From positions 5,580,001 through 5,644,000 of the forward strand of contig OZ024766.1 in the NCBI GenBank assembly GCA_964016885.1: a stretch of 64,000 nucleotides of DNA, given 5' to 3'. Both the position numbers and the translations under genes were made by a program. The notes below the pieces were generated by a model. That model ran no database searches. It was given only the letters and a program-made list of their open reading frames with translations, and was not told the origin of the DNA. This document shows, piece by piece, positions 26,655-41,699 of this stretch; position 1 is the first letter of the stretch; the number at the start of each line of letters is the position of its first letter. This DNA is from Eledone cirrhosa (Eukaryota).

Positions 26655-26778
26655 TCCACTGATGAGTTATAAGGGCCCACTTGTGTGTATATCTATGGAT
26701 TATATACAAGTTTCGAACATAACCTGGACATTATTTATCCCAACTTGTAGAAATCTTATAACGAAACGATCGTATGGA
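26655..26778 (+). ncRNA. Type I hammerhead ribozyme with ~97-nt branched stem II (family E)
   Basis: tcca CTGATGA gttataag...cttataac GAA ACGATCGT A tgga; 8-bp stem II base, palindromic stem III. Confidence 0.78.
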
Positions 26779-27636
26779 AAGAAAGAGAGATTTATTTAAT
26801 TATGTCTCATATAAAATAATACATGGGTTAGACGGGTTGTCCTGCTGTGGGCAGTGTCCGGTCGGCTGACCTTGTCTTGCTCATACTGGAACTGATTCTG
26901 GTTTGATTTCAACAGCTGGATGCCCTTCCTAACACCAACTTCATTTACAGTGAGTGCTGGGTGCTTTTTTCCGTGGTGCCTACACGTCCACTTTACAGTG
27001 TGGGCTGGGTGCTTTTTTTGCCGTGGGCACATCCATGACTATTTTGCAGTGGGGGGTGTGGGGGCATATTGTCTATATGCTTCAGCTTCGGCTTGTACCC
27101 GTGGGAGGTTGGGTTTTCTGTATTACTGCGTGACGCCAGAGGTCACGGTCGTGTGTCATCGCCTTTGAGAGGTGTTATTGTATATATATATATATATACA
27201 AATATATATATACAAATATATATATACATACAGTATATATATATATTTATACATGTTTTTCAACCACGCCTATCGAAATGATAAACAATTTTTTCTGCTT
27301 GGAGAAGAAAGAGATTTTGGTTTGGGTGGGGTTCTTTAACTTGGTTACGTATAATCTTTTCTTGTTTAATTACACTAGAGTTATGTATATATATCCACCC
27401 ATAGAAAGCTTCTCAAATAAAAGGGTCAAAAACAGGACTACCTTTCTAGTGTAAATACATAGTGATACACAGGCAGAAGTATATGATAAAATGATGAATC
27501 AGTCAATCCTATTGATGGTGATGACCTCCGCGCAGCCCAGGTGTTTACCAAGAGGATGGCAAGGGGGACGCGCTGGAAGAGCCGTTCCAACTCATGAGGC
27601 TCACACTGGCGGCTAGCCAGCTCAGCGTCTATGGTG

Positions 27637-30600
27637 GTGATCTACTTCAGAAGGACCCTTCAAAGACATGACAACTTCTCTACTGTTGGTGATCTACTTC
27701 AGAGGGACCCTTCAAAGACATGACAACTTCTCTACTGTTGGTGATCTACTTCAGAAGGACCCTTCAAAGACATGACAACTTCTCTACTGTTGGTGATCTA
27801 CTTCAGAGGGACCCTTCAAAGACATGACATCTTCTCTACTGTTGGTGATCTACTTCAGAGGGACCCTTCAAAGACATGACATCTTCTCTACTGTTGATGA
27901 TCTACTTCAGAAGGACCCTTCAAAGACATGACAACTTCTCTACTGTTGGTGATCTACTTCAGAAGGACCCTTCAAAGACATGACAACTTCTCTACTGTTG
28001 ATGATCTACTTCAGAAGGACCCTTCAAAGACATGACAACTTCTCTACTGTTGGTGATCTACTTCAGAAGGACCCTTCAAAGACATGACAACCTTTATACT
28101 GTTGATGATCTACTTCAGAAGGACCCTTCAAAGACATGACAACTTCTCTACTGTTGATGATCTACTTCAGAAGGACCCTTCAAAGACATGACATCTTCTC
28201 TACTGTTGATGATCTACTTCAGAAGGACCCTTCAAAGACATGACATCTTCTCTACTGTTGGTGATCTACTTCAGAGGGACCCTTCAAAGACATGACATCT
28301 TCTCTACTGTTGGTGTTCTACTTCAGAGGGACCCTTCAAAGACATGACATCTTCTCTACTGTTGGTGATCTACTTCAGAAGGACCCTTCAAAGACATGAC
28401 ATCTTCTCTACTGTTGATGATCTACTTCAGAGGGACCCTTCAAAGACATGACAACTTCTCTACTGTTGGTGATCTACTTCAGAGGGACCCTTCAAAGACA
28501 TGACATCTTCTCTACTGTTGGTGATCTACTTCAGAAGGACCCTTCAAAGACATGACATCTTCTCTACTGTTGATGATCTACTTCAGAAGGACCCTTCAAA
28601 GACATGACATCTTCTCTACTGTTGATGATCTACTTCAGAAGGACCCTTCAAAGACATGACAACTTCTCTACTGTTGATGATCTACTTCAGAAGGACCCTT
28701 CAGAGACATGACAACTTCTCTACTGTTGGTGATCTACTTCAGAAGGACCCTTCAAAGACATGACAACTTCTCTACTGTTGGTGATTTTCTTCAGAAGGAC
28801 CCTTCAGAGACATGACAACTTCTCTACTGTTGGTGATCTACTTCAGAGGGACCCTTCAAAGACATGACAACTTCTCTACTGTTGGTGATCTACTTCAGAG
28901 GGACCCTTCAAAGACATGACAACTTCTCTACTGTTGGTGATCTACTTCAGAGGGACCCTTCAAAGACATGACATCTTCTCTACTGTTGGTGATCTACTTC
29001 AGATGGACCCTTCAAAGACATGACAACTTCTCTACTGTTGGTGATCTACTTCAGAAGGACCCTTCAAAGACATGACAACTTCTCTACTGTTGGTGATCTA
29101 CTTCAGAAGGACCCTTCAAAGACATGACAACTTCTCTACTGTTGGTGATCTACTTCAGAAGGACCCTTCAAAGACATGACATCTTCTCTACTGTTGGTGA
29201 TCTACTTCAGAGGGACCCTTCAAAGACATGACATCTTCTCTACTGTTGATGATCTACTTCAGAAGGACCCTTCAAAGACATGACAACTTCTCTACTGTTG
29301 GTGATCTACTTCAGAAGGACCCTTCAAAGACATGACAACTTCTCTACTGTTGGTGATCTACTTCAGAAGGACCCTTCAAAGACATGACAACTTCTCTACT
29401 GTTGGTGATCTACTTCAGAGGGACCCTTCAAAGACATGACATCTTCTCTACTGTTGGTGATCTACTTCAGATGGACCCTTCAAAGACATGACAACTTCTC
29501 TACTGTTGGTGATCTACTTCAGAAGGACCCTTCAAAGACATGACAACTTCTCTACTGTTGGTGATCTACTTCAGAAGGACCCTTCAAAGACATGACATCT
29601 TCTCTACTGTTGGTGATCTACTTCAGAGGGACCCTTCAAAGACATGACATCTTCTCTACTGTTGATGATCTACTTCAGAAGGACCCTTCAAAGACATGAC
29701 AACTTCTCTACTGTTGGTGATCTACTTCAGAAGGACCCTTCAAAGACATGACAACTTCTCTACTGTTGGTGATCTACTTCAGAAGGACCCTTCAAAGACA
29801 TGACATCTTCTCTACTGTTGGTGATCTACTTCAGAAGGACCCTTCAAAGACATGACATCTTCTCTACTGTTGGTGATCTACTTCAGAAGGACCCTTCAAA
29901 GACATGACATCTTCTCTACTGTTGGTGATCTACTTCAGAAGGACCCTTCAAAGACATGACAACTTCTCTACTGTTGGTGATCTACTTCAGAAGGACCCTT
30001 CAAAGACATGACAACTTCTCTACTGTTGATGATCTACTTCAGAAGGACCCTTCAAAGACATGACAACTTCTCTACTGTTGATGATCTACTTCAGAAGGAC
30101 CCTTCAAAGACATGACAACTTCTCTACTGTTGGTGATCTACTTCAGAAGGACCCTTCAAAGACATGACAACCTTTCTACTGTTGATGATCTACTTCAGAT
30201 GGACCCTTCAAAGACATGACATCTTCTCTACTGTTGGTGATCTACTTCAGAAGGACCCTTCAGAGACATGACAACTTCTCTACTGTTGGTGATCTACTTC
30301 AGAAGGACCCTTCAGAGACATGACAACTTCTCTACTGTTGGTGATCTACTTCAGAAGGACCCTTCAAAGACATGACATCTTCTCTACTGTTGGTGATCTA
30401 CTTCAGAAGGACCCTTCAGAGACATGACAACTTCTCTACTGTTGGTGATCTACTTCAGAGGGACCCTTCAAAGACATGACAACTTCTCTACTGTTGGTGA
30501 TCTACTTCAGAAGGACCCTTCAAAGACATGACATCTTCTCTACTGTTGATGATCTACTTCAGAAGGACCCTTCAAAGACATGACAACCTTTCTACTGTTG

Positions 30601-30668
30601 GTGATCTACTTCAGAAGGACCCTTCAAAGACATGACAACTTCTCTACTGTTGATGATCTACTTCAGAT
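27637..30668. repeat. 52-bp minisatellite (~58 copies)
   Basis: Unit gtgatctacttcagaaggacccttcaaagacatgacaacttctctactgttg. Confidence 0.95.
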
Positions 30669-30715
30669 GGAACTGCAGTATGACCATTGGACTGTGAGTA
30701 GCGATATTGTCTACA

Positions 30716-31565
30716 GCAGGCATGTCAAACATGCAGCCCTTTACAATTAAACCTGTGGCCCTTCACAAAGACACCTTTGGTCGTTTGCAAACACACCTGT
30801 GGCCCTTTACAAAGACACCTGTAGTCCTTTACAAGCACACCTGTGGCCCTTTACAAGCAGACCTGTGGTCCTTTAAAAACACACCTGTGGCCCTTTACAA
30901 AGATACCTGTGGTCCTTTACAAGCACACCTGTGGCCCTTTACAAAGATACCTGTGGTCCTTTACAAGCTCACCTGTGGCCCTTTACAAGCAGACCTGTGG
31001 TCCTTTAAAAACACACCTGTGGCCCTTTACAAAGATACCTGCGGCCCTTTACAAAGACACCTGTGGTCCTTTACAAGCACACCTGTGGCCCTTTACAAAG
31101 ACACCTGTGGTCCTTTACAAGCACACCTGTGGCCCTTTACAAGCACACCTGTAGTCCTTTACAAGCACACCTGTGGCCCTTTACAAGCAGATCTGTGGTC
31201 CTTTAAAAACACACCTGTGGCCCTTTACAAAGATACCTGTGGTCCTTTACAAGCACACCTGTGGCCCTTTACAAGCAGACCTGTGGTCTTTTAAAAACAC
31301 ACCTGTGGCCCTTTACAAAGACACCTGTGGTCCTTTACAAAGACACCTGTTGTCCTTTACAAACACACTTGTGGTCCTTTACAAACACACCTGTGGCCCT
31401 TTACAAGCCCACACAAAGATTTTTACAGAGCAAACATGTTTTATCTTTGTAATGTAAAATAAAATTTAAAAAATTAGTTGTAATGTGTGGCTCTCAGACA
31501 ACACATGTGTGACCCATGTGGCCCTCAGACAACACATGTGGCCCATGTGGCCCTCAGGGGACCCT
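30716..31565 (+). repeat. ~21-22-bp tandem repeat inside a probable hAT-type MITE remnant
   Basis: Unit acacctgtgg(t/c)cctttacaa; begins with caggcatgtcaaacatgcagccc, which resembles hAT-MITE termini. Confidence 0.7.
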
Positions 31566-31594
31566 CATGATAAAAGCACCCAGTACACTCTGCA

Positions 31595-34500
31595 TAGGTT
31601 GGACAGTTCCTTCTCAGCCCTGCATCTCTCCACTTGTCATGATCCTTTGTCATCATCTCTGTGTGTTTCAGTGATTTGAGATCAGCTCTCACCACCTCTG
31701 CCCAGGTCTTCCTTGGTCTGCCTCTACTGCAGCTTCCCTCCACTGGGATCTCCTGACATTTCTTCATCCAGCAATCATCATCCATACACATCACATGTCC
31801 ATACCAGAGCAGTCTTCTCTCCTCCACACCACCTCGGGTTCCTCTTAAACCCAGCTTCTCCCTCAGCCCGTCCAAGCTCTGCGTTCCTCTCACATTTACA
31901 TTACACATCCAACAAAGCATGGTTGTTTCATTTCTCTCCAGTCACCACATGTCCTCTGCAGTTACAGCCCATGTTTCGCCACCATGTAGCCCCACATGTC
32001 CTCTGCAGTCACAGCCCATGTTTCGTCACCATGTAGCCCCACATGCCCTCTGCAGTCACAGCCCATGTTTCGCCACCATGTAGCCCCACATGCCCTCTGC
32101 AGCCACAGCCCATGTTTCGCCACCATGTAGCCCCACATGCCCTCTGCAGTCACAGCCCATGTTTCGCCACCATGTAGCCCCACATGTCCTCTGCAGTCAC
32201 AGCCCATGTTTCGCCACCATGTAGCCCCACATGTCCTCTTCAGTCACAGCCCATGTTTCGCCACCATGTAGCCCCACATGTCCTCTGCAGTCACAGCCCA
32301 TGTTTCGCCACCATGTAGCCCCACATGTCCTCTTCAGTCACAGCCCATGTTTCGCCACCATGTAGCCCCACATGCCCTCTGCAGCCACAGCCCATGTTTC
32401 GCCACCATGTAGCCCCACATGCCCTCTGCAGTCACAGCCCATGTTTCGCCACCATGTAGCCCCACATGCCCTCTGCAGCCACAGCCCATGTTTCGCCACC
32501 ATGTAGCCCCACATGCCCTCTGCAGTCACAGCCCATGTTTCGCCACCATGTAGCCCCACATGTCCTCTGCAGTCACAGCCCATGTTTCGCCACCATGTAG
32601 CCCCACATGTCCTCTTCAGTCACAGCCCATGTTTCGCCACCATGTAGCCCCACATGCCCTCTGCAGTCACAGCCCATGTTTCGCCACCATGTAGCCCCAC
32701 ATGCCCTCTGCAGTCACAGCCCATGTTTCGCCACCATGTAGCCCCACATGTCCTCTGCAGTCACAGCCCATGTTTCGCCACCATGTAGCCCCACATGCCC
32801 TCTGCAGTCACAGCCCATGTTTCGCCACCATGTAGCCCCACATGCCCTCTGCAGTCACAGCCCATGTTTCGCCATCATGTAGCCCCACATGCCCTCTGCA
32901 GTCACAGCCCATGTTTCGCCACCATGTAGCCCCACATGTCCTCTGCAGTCACAGCCCATGTTTCGCCACCATGTAGCCCCGCATGCCCTCTGCAGTCACA
33001 GCCCATGTTTCGCCACCATGTAGCCCCACATGTCCTCTGCAGTCACAGCCCACGTTTCGCCACCATGTAGCCCCACATGTCCTCTGCAGTCACAGCCCAT
33101 GTTTCGCCACCATGTAGCCCCACATGTCCTCTGCAGTCACAGCCCGTGTTTCGCCACCATGTAGCCCCACATGCCCTCTGCAGTCACAGCCCATGTTTCG
33201 CCACCATGTAGCCCCACATGCCCTCTGCAGTCACAGCCCATGTTTCGCCACCATGTAGCCCCACATGCCCTCTGCAGTCACAGCCCATGTTTCGCCACCA
33301 TGTAGCCCCACATGCCCTCTGCAGTCACAGCCCATGTTTCGCCACCATGTAGCCCCACATGCCCTCTGCAGTCACAGCCCATGTTTCGCCACCATGTAGC
33401 CCCACATGTCCTCTGCAGTCACAGCCCATGTTTCGCCACCATGTAGCCCCACATGCCCTCTGCAGTCACAGCCCATGTTTCGCCACCATGTAGCCCCACA
33501 TGTCCTCTGCAGTCACAGCCCATGTTTCGCCACCATGTAGCCCCACATGTCCTCTGCAGTCACAGCCCATGTTTCGCCACCATGTAGCCCCACATGCCCT
33601 CTGCAGTCACAGCCCATGTTTCGCCACCATGTAGCCCCACATGCCCTCTGCAGTCACAGCCCATGTTTCGCCACCATGTAGCCCCACATGTCCTCTGCAG
33701 TCACAGCCCATGTTTCGCCACCATGTAGCCCCACATGTCCTCTGCAGTCACAGCCCATGTTTCGCCACCATGTAGCCCCACATGTCCTCTGCAGTCACAG
33801 CCCACGTTTCGCCACCATGTAGCCCCACATGTCCTCTGCAGTCACAGCCCATGTTTCGTCACCATGTAGCCCCACATGCCCTCTGCAGTCACAGCCCATG
33901 TTTCGCCACCATGTAGCCCCACATGCCCTCTGCAGCCACAGCCCATGTTTCGCCACCATGTAGCCCCACATGCCCTCTGCAGTCACAGCCCATGTTTCGC
34001 CACCATGTAGCCCCACATGTCCTCTGCAGTCACAGCCCATGTTTCGCCACCATGTAGCCCCACATGTCCTCTTCAGTCACAGCCCATGTTTCGCCACCAT
34101 GTAGCCCCACATGCCCTCTGCAGTCACAGCCCATGTTTCGCCACCATGTAGCCCCACATGCCCTCTGCAGTCACAGCCCATGTTTCGCCACCATGTAGCC
34201 CAACATGTCCTCTGCAGTCACAGTCCATGTTTCGCCACCATGTAGCCCCACATGCCCTCTGCAGTCACAGCCCATGTTTCGCCACCATGTAGCCCCACAT
34301 GCCCTCTGCAGTCACAGCCCATGTTTCGCCATCATGTAGCCCCACATGCCCTCTGCAGTCACAGCCCATGTTTCGCCACCATGTAGCCCCACATGTCCTC
34401 TGCAGTCACAGCCCATGTTTCGCCACCATGTAGCCCCACATGCCCTCTGCAGTCACAGCCCATGTTTCGCCACCATGTAGCCCCACATGTCCTCTGCAGT

Positions 34501-35925
34501 CACAGCCCACGTTTCGCCACCATGTAGCCCCACATGTCCTCTGCAGTCACAGCCCATGTTTCGCCACCATGTAGCCCCACATGTCCTCTGCAGTCACAGC
34601 CCGTGTTTCGCCACCATGTAGCCCCACATGCCCTCTGCAGTCACAGTCCATGTTTCGCCACCATGTAGCCCCACATGCCCTCTGCAGTCACAGCCCATGT
34701 TTCGCCACCATGTAGCCCCACATGCCCTCTGCAGTCACAGCCCATGTTTCGCCACCATGTAGCCCCACATGCCCTCTGCAGTCACAGCCCATGTTTCGCC
34801 ACCATGTAGCCCCACATGCCCTCTGCAGTCACAGCCCATGTTTCGCCACCATGTAGCCCCACATGCCCTCTGCAGTCACAGCCCATGTTTCGCCACCATG
34901 TAGCCCCACATGTCCTCTGCAGTCACAGCCCATGTTTCGCCACCATGTAGCCCCACATGTCCTCTGCAGTCACAGCCCATGTTTCGCCACCATGTAGCCC
35001 CACATGTCCTCTGCAGTCACAGCCCATGTTTCGCCACCATGTAGCACCACATGCCCTCTGCAGTCACAGCCCATGTTTCGCCACCATGTAGCCCCACATG
35101 CCCTCTGCAGTCACAGCCCATGTTTCGCCACCATGTAGCACCACATGTCCTCTTCAGTCACAGCCCATGTTTCGCCACCATGTAGCCCCACATGCCCTCT
35201 GCAGTCACAGCCCATGTTTCGCCACCATGTAGCCCCACATGCCCTCTGCAGTCACAGCCCATGTTTCGCCACCATGTAGCCCCACATGCCCTCTGCAGTC
35301 ACAGCCCATGTTTCGCCACCATGTAGCCCCACATGTCCTCTGCAGTCACAGCCCATGTTTCGCCACCATGTAGCCCCACATGCCCTCTGCAGTCACAGCC
35401 CATGTTTCGCCACCATGTAGCCCCACATGCCCTCTGCAGTCACAGCCCATGTTTCGCCACCATGTAGCCCCACATGCCCTCTGCAGTCACAGCCCATGTT
35501 TCGCCACCATGTAGCACCACATTTCCTCTTCAGTCACAGCCCATGTTTCGCCACCATGTAGCCCCACATGCCCTCTGCAGTCACATCCCATGTTTCGCCA
35601 CCATGTAGCCCCACATGTCCTCTGCGTCACAGCCCATGTTTCGCCACCATGTAGCCCCACATGCCCTCTGCAGTCACAGCCCATGTTTCGCCACCATGTA
35701 GCCCCACATGCCCTCTTCAGTCACAGCCCATGTTTCGCCACCATGTAGCCCCACATGCCCTCTGCAGTCACAGCCCATGTTTCGCTACCATGTAGCACCA
35801 CATGTCCTCTTCAGTCACAGCCCATGTTTCGCCATCATGTAGCCCCACATGTCCTCTGCAGTCACAGCCCATGTTTCGCCACCATGTAGCACCACATGTC
35901 CTCTGCACTCACCACCATGTAGTAA
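31595..35925 (-). repeat. 47-bp minisatellite (~84 copies, ~31945-35910) grown from an RTE LINE fragment (31595-31950)
   Basis: The unit on the minus strand encodes LHGGETWAVTAEDM (cf. RTE LHGSETWA) and runs directly into the remaining RTE 3' end. Confidence 0.92.
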
Positions 35926-36331
35926 AATAATTAATAATTACAAAAAATAATTAATAATCACCAAAAAAGCAGCACAGCTGTATATGAAAATACACAAACC
36001 TCTTTTATTAGCATTTTCTTAAAAAATATATTTAAAAAAAACCTTTAAAAGTACAAGAATTCCATTTCTTGTACATTTTCTTCCATTTCTTATTGTAACA
36101 TTTTTTTTTTTATCCGATAAATATATTTATTAAATCATTTTTATTGATTTAATTCCAAATCACACCAAAAAATAAATATATCGATAAATATAATATAAAA
36201 TAAAGTTAAAATATTTGAAATAAAAATCATGATTTCTGCAGCACAGAAAAAAAAAAAAAATAACATTTAGAAAAAAACCCATAAATTATTCTTTACACAC
36301 CTCAAAATATGAAATATATTGTAATAAATAG

Positions 36332-36385
<54 letters not shown>

Positions 36386-36429
36386 GTATGTATGTATGTG
36401 TGTTTGTGTTTGTATATATACATGGATGT

Positions 36430-36468
<39 letters not shown>

Positions 36469-36487
36469 TGTGTTTGTATATATATGG

Positions 36488-36518
<31 letters not shown>

Positions 36519-36590
36519 ATAAATGTAATCTGAACTTTTCGAATATTAATAATAATATTCGATTCGTTTGCAATTATGCAAACAAGCCTC

Positions 36591-36651
<61 letters not shown>

Positions 36652-36788
36652 CATACTTATATATATATACACATATATATATATATATATATATGCATAT
36701 ATATATATATATATATACACACACATACTTATATATATATACACATATATATATATATATATATACACACACATACTTATATATATAT

Positions 36789-36835
<47 letters not shown>

Positions 36836-36866
36836 TATATATATATACACATACTTATATATATAT

Positions 36867-36909
<43 letters not shown>

Positions 36910-36925
36910 TATATATATATACACA

Positions 36926-37016
<91 letters not shown>

Positions 37017-37781
37017 CTAGGGGGTGGGTGAGTTTTATTGTAGTACAATAAAGCAATGCTGTTGCCTAACAGAGAATCAATTATTACATAATACAATACA
37101 TTCTTACTCTATATCACCTTGTAAAAATCCTTCGTAAACAAACATTTTTTTGACGTTAGATTATTCATCCGCAATTCATTATTTTTTTCTCCCTTTCATC
37201 TAACTTATTCATGCTCATCTCACAATATATCCTTACTTAAATTACCTGTTATTCCTTTTAATAATACATATCAACATTTTCTTTCCATCGCACATATTAA
37301 ACCCTTAATATCATTCTTAATACATATTAACTTTTTCTTTTCCATCGCACATGTTATTAAACCCTTAAATATTATTCTTAATACATATTAACATTTTCTT
37401 TTCATCGCACATATTATTAAACCCCTCAATATACAAACCTTAACTTTACATTAATTTTCTCTTCGTTAATTTTCAAATTCTTTTAATTTATACATTATCT
37501 TCCAACGGTTTTCAACCTCTCTATGTAAAACAATATATCTTTCTCAGTTATAAAAGCTATCTCTCTCTCTCTATCACCCATCTCTCCTCCTATCTCATCC
37601 TTCCTCATTATACTCCTCCCTCTCCACTTTTTACTCTCATCTCCTGCTCTTTTTCATCCCTCCCCCCCTCAAAATAAAATATTTTCCCCAATATCACACA
37701 TCAATCTAAAACTACTTTTCATATGTTGATTTAAAACTGCACTATCCACAAGTGTTGTTTAACCTTCATATCATGTCTTCC

Positions 37782-37852
37782 TGTTTTATCTGATGAAAAC
37801 ACAAATATTATTGCATGATGATATTTGTTTTTGAAATGTGCATAATAAAATA
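37782..37852 (+). ncRNA. Type I hammerhead ribozyme motif (family D-related)
   Basis: tgttttat CTGATGA aaacacaaatat...atatttgttttt GAA ATGTGCAT A ataaaata. Confidence 0.7.
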
Positions 37853-37882
37853 CATGGAACTCTTTTAACCATCTTTTGTTCT

Positions 37883-37926
<44 letters not shown>

Positions 37927-37950
37927 GATTTCATATCAAAAACCTCGAAA

Positions 37951-37988
<38 letters not shown>

Positions 37989-38089
37989 GCACACACACAC
38001 CAGAACCATAACAACACTTTAAAAGTACTATATAAATACTACATAAACATCATCATCATCATCATCATCATCATCCTGTTTGCTTTCCC

Positions 38090-38665
38090 ATGTATTCTTG
38101 GGTTGGACAGGTCTTTCTGGGAAGAGTCTAACTTTCCTTCATCAACTCCTTTGTAAAAGACAAATTTGTGACCCTATCTCTACCTAAATCTTTCTTCACA
38201 TACCCAGCCCTTCCTCTACTGCAGCTCCCTTTCACCCAGAACTCCTGACACCTCTTCACCCGGCAATCACCATCCATACACATCACATGTCCATACCAGA
38301 GCAGTCTCCCCTTCTCCTACACACTACATCTTTTCCCTCTACTGCAGCTTTCTTTCACCCAGAACTCCTGGCATTTCTTCACCCGGCAATCACCATCCAT
38401 ACACATCACATGTCCATACCAGAGCAGTCTCCCCTCTCCTATACACTACATCTTTTTCCTCTCATACCCAGCCCTTCCTCTACTGCAGCTCCCTTTCACC
38501 CAGAACTCCTGACACCTCTTCACCCGGCAATCACCATCCATACACATCACATGTCCATACCAGAGCAGTCTCCCCTTCTCCTACACACTACATCTTTTTC
38601 CTCTCATACCCAGGTCTTCCTCAGTCTTCCTGTACTGCAGTTTCCTTCCACTGGGGACTCCTGCC
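38090..38665 (-). mobile_element. Decayed RTE fragment with an internal tandem triplication
   Basis: The block catcacatgtccataccagagcagtctccc (LLWYGHVM on the minus strand) occurs three times. Confidence 0.65.
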
Positions 38666-38939
38666 TTTTTTTCACAGCCGATTTCTTCCAGAGAAAGGGA
38701 GAGAGAGAGAGTGTGGCAGAGATGAAGTAAGTAAAAGGGATAGCGAGAAAGGATCAATCCCAGTATAGGACTATAATATACTCTTTATTATCAACCTTGA
38801 AAGGATTAAAGGCAAAGTTGACTTTAACCTCAGTGGGGTTTGAATTCAGAGAGCAGAGAGTTGGAACAAATACCACAGAGAATTCTATCTGATATTCTAA
38901 CAACTCTGCCAATTCATTGCCATTCTAAAATACAAAACA

Positions 38940-39924
38940 TACTCTCGGGGTCCAAAATAATTGGGGGAAGGGGCTGGAATAAGCATGGTCTGGGAGAGGG
39001 GCTGGAATAAGCATGGTTTGGGGGGAGAAATAATATGAGGAAGGGGCTGGAATAAGCATGGTTTGGGAGAGGGGCTGGAATAAGCATGGTTTTGGGAGAG
39101 GGGCTGGAATAAGCATGGTTTGGGGGAGAAATAATTGGAGGAAGGGGCTGGAATAAGCATGGTTTGGGGGGAGAAATAATTGGAGGAAGGGGCTGGAATA
39201 AGCATGGTTTGGGGGGAGAAATAATTGGAGGAAGGGGCTGGAATAAGCATGGTTTGGGGGGAGAAATAATTGGAGGAAGGGGCTGGAATAAGCATGGTTT
39301 TGGGAGAGGGGCTGGAATAAGCATGGTTTTGGGAGAGGGGCTGGAATAAGCATGGTTTGGGGGAGAAATAATTGGAGGAAGGGGCTGGAATAAGCATGGT
39401 TTGGGGGGAGAAATAATTGGAGGAAGGGGCTGGAATAAGCATGGTTTTGGGAGAGGGGCTGGAATAAGCATGGTTTGGGGGGAGAAATAATTGGAGGAAG
39501 GGGCTGGAATAAGCATAGTTTTGGGGAGAAATAATTGGAGGAAGGGGCTGGAATAAGCATGGTTTTGGGAGAGGGGCTGGAATAAGCATGGTTTGGGGGA
39601 GAAATAATTGGAGGAAGGGATTGGAATAAGCATGGTTTGGGGGGAGAAATAATTGGAGGAAGGGGCTGGAATAAGCATGGTTTGGGGGAGGGGCTGGAAT
39701 AAGCCAGAATTAGACATTTAGTTTACATATTGAGACCACCAACTTATCCTAAATTGTTCCAGAAATGTTACCACTTAAAACAAAATTTCACCAGAGGTAC
39801 ATTAGCAAAATTAAATAAATGGAGTGTGGGTGGACTAAGAACAGGGGTGAGTCTGAATAAGATTGGGGGGTGGGGTCTGAAAAATTAATAACTGAAGGGG
39901 ACAATTATTTAAGACCTGTGAGTA
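38940..39924. mobile_element. MITE-like element with ~24-bp imperfect TIRs and an internal 30/48-bp G-rich minisatellite (38965-39705)
   Basis: tactctcggggtccaaaataattg ... caattatttaagacctgtgagta; repeat unit ggggctggaataagcatggtttt. Confidence 0.6.
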
Positions 39925-40414
39925 AAACACACAAACAACTGATATATACACTAAAGAGATACATTTAAATTTTAGGGGGTTTCACAACAAAACACTGCCC
40001 TACAAAAATACAAGGTGTAACACACAAACAATATTGATATGTAAAATAAAGTTATATCTTTAAATTTTAGGGGGTTTCACAACAAAACACTGCCCTACAA
40101 AAATACAAGGTGTAACACACAAACAATATTGATATGTAAAATAAAGTTATATCTTTAAATTTTAGGTGTTTTCACAACCATTTCTTAAGGTCTACCAAAC
40201 GTTGGTGGATTAAAAAAAAAAAAAAAAAAAAAAATAGGGGTCAGGAAAAATATAAATTGAAATAAAAAAAAAATGATTTAAATGAATAAAAATGAATATA
40301 TTTCCCTCTGAGGTTGGTTTTGTTCGTGAGTGTATATAAGGTAAATAGGAGTTAGTGTGAGCTTTGTGAGGGTATGAAGGTAAGGGTGGATTAAGACCTT
40401 GGGTTGGGGGCCAG

Positions 40415-40620
40415 GAGAAGATCCCTTTCGGTCACGACTGACCATGGTATTTGCACCTAGAATGTTCCCCTCCGAGACACACACATATATATATCATCAT
40501 CATCATCATCATCATCATTTTACGATGATGATGATGATGATGATGATATATATATGTGTGTCTCGGAGGGGAACATTCTAGGTGTAAATACCATGGTCAG
40601 TCGTGACTGAAGGGGATCTC
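40415..40620. repeat. Fold-back inverted repeat (~100-bp arms) centred on (cat)n/(atg)n
   Basis: gtcacgactgaccatggtatttgcacctagaatgttcccctccgagacac vs gtgtctcggaggggaacattctaggtgtaaataccatggtcagtcgtgac. Confidence 0.85.
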
Positions 40621-41054
40621 AGTTTGGCCACCCACCCACCCCACACACACAACCTCTGCCCAGCCCCAGATTTTAGATTTTATACCAACATAACCAACCA
40701 GAATACAAAGATATATATATATATATATATTATACATTATATATATATAATATATGTGTGAATGTATGTATATAAATACCCCCTCAATTCATTCTATAGC
40801 ACCAGAAAAATGAAATATATACTGACCTTTATATATATACACCCAAATGAATGTACATATGTAAATATATATAATTGTTTCTATATTTGGCACAAGGCCA
40901 GCAATTATCCCAGTGCATTACTGGTACTTTATTTTGTCGAAACCGTAAGGATGAAAGGCAAAGTTAACCTCGGCGGGATTTGAACTCAGACCGTAAAGGG
41001 GCGTAACTCCATGTTGCAAAGCTTGGCATCCGACCCTCCACTGATACTGCCAAT

Positions 41055-41633
<579 letters not shown>

Positions 41634-41648
41634 GTTTTAATATAGATG

Positions 41649-41699
41649 AGATTCTACAGGACTAGAACTGTTTCATTCTTTAGAAATCATCAGGAATCT
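41649..41699 (-). ncRNA. Type I hammerhead ribozyme motif (family G)
   Basis: Minus strand: agattc CTGATGA t ttc taaa gaa t GAA ACAG ttctagtc CTGT A gaatct. Confidence 0.72.

Noticed and set aside
27637-35910. Regular arrays that could be mistaken for CRISPR
   Set aside because: Head-to-tail units with no unique spacers, no cas genes and a eukaryotic context.
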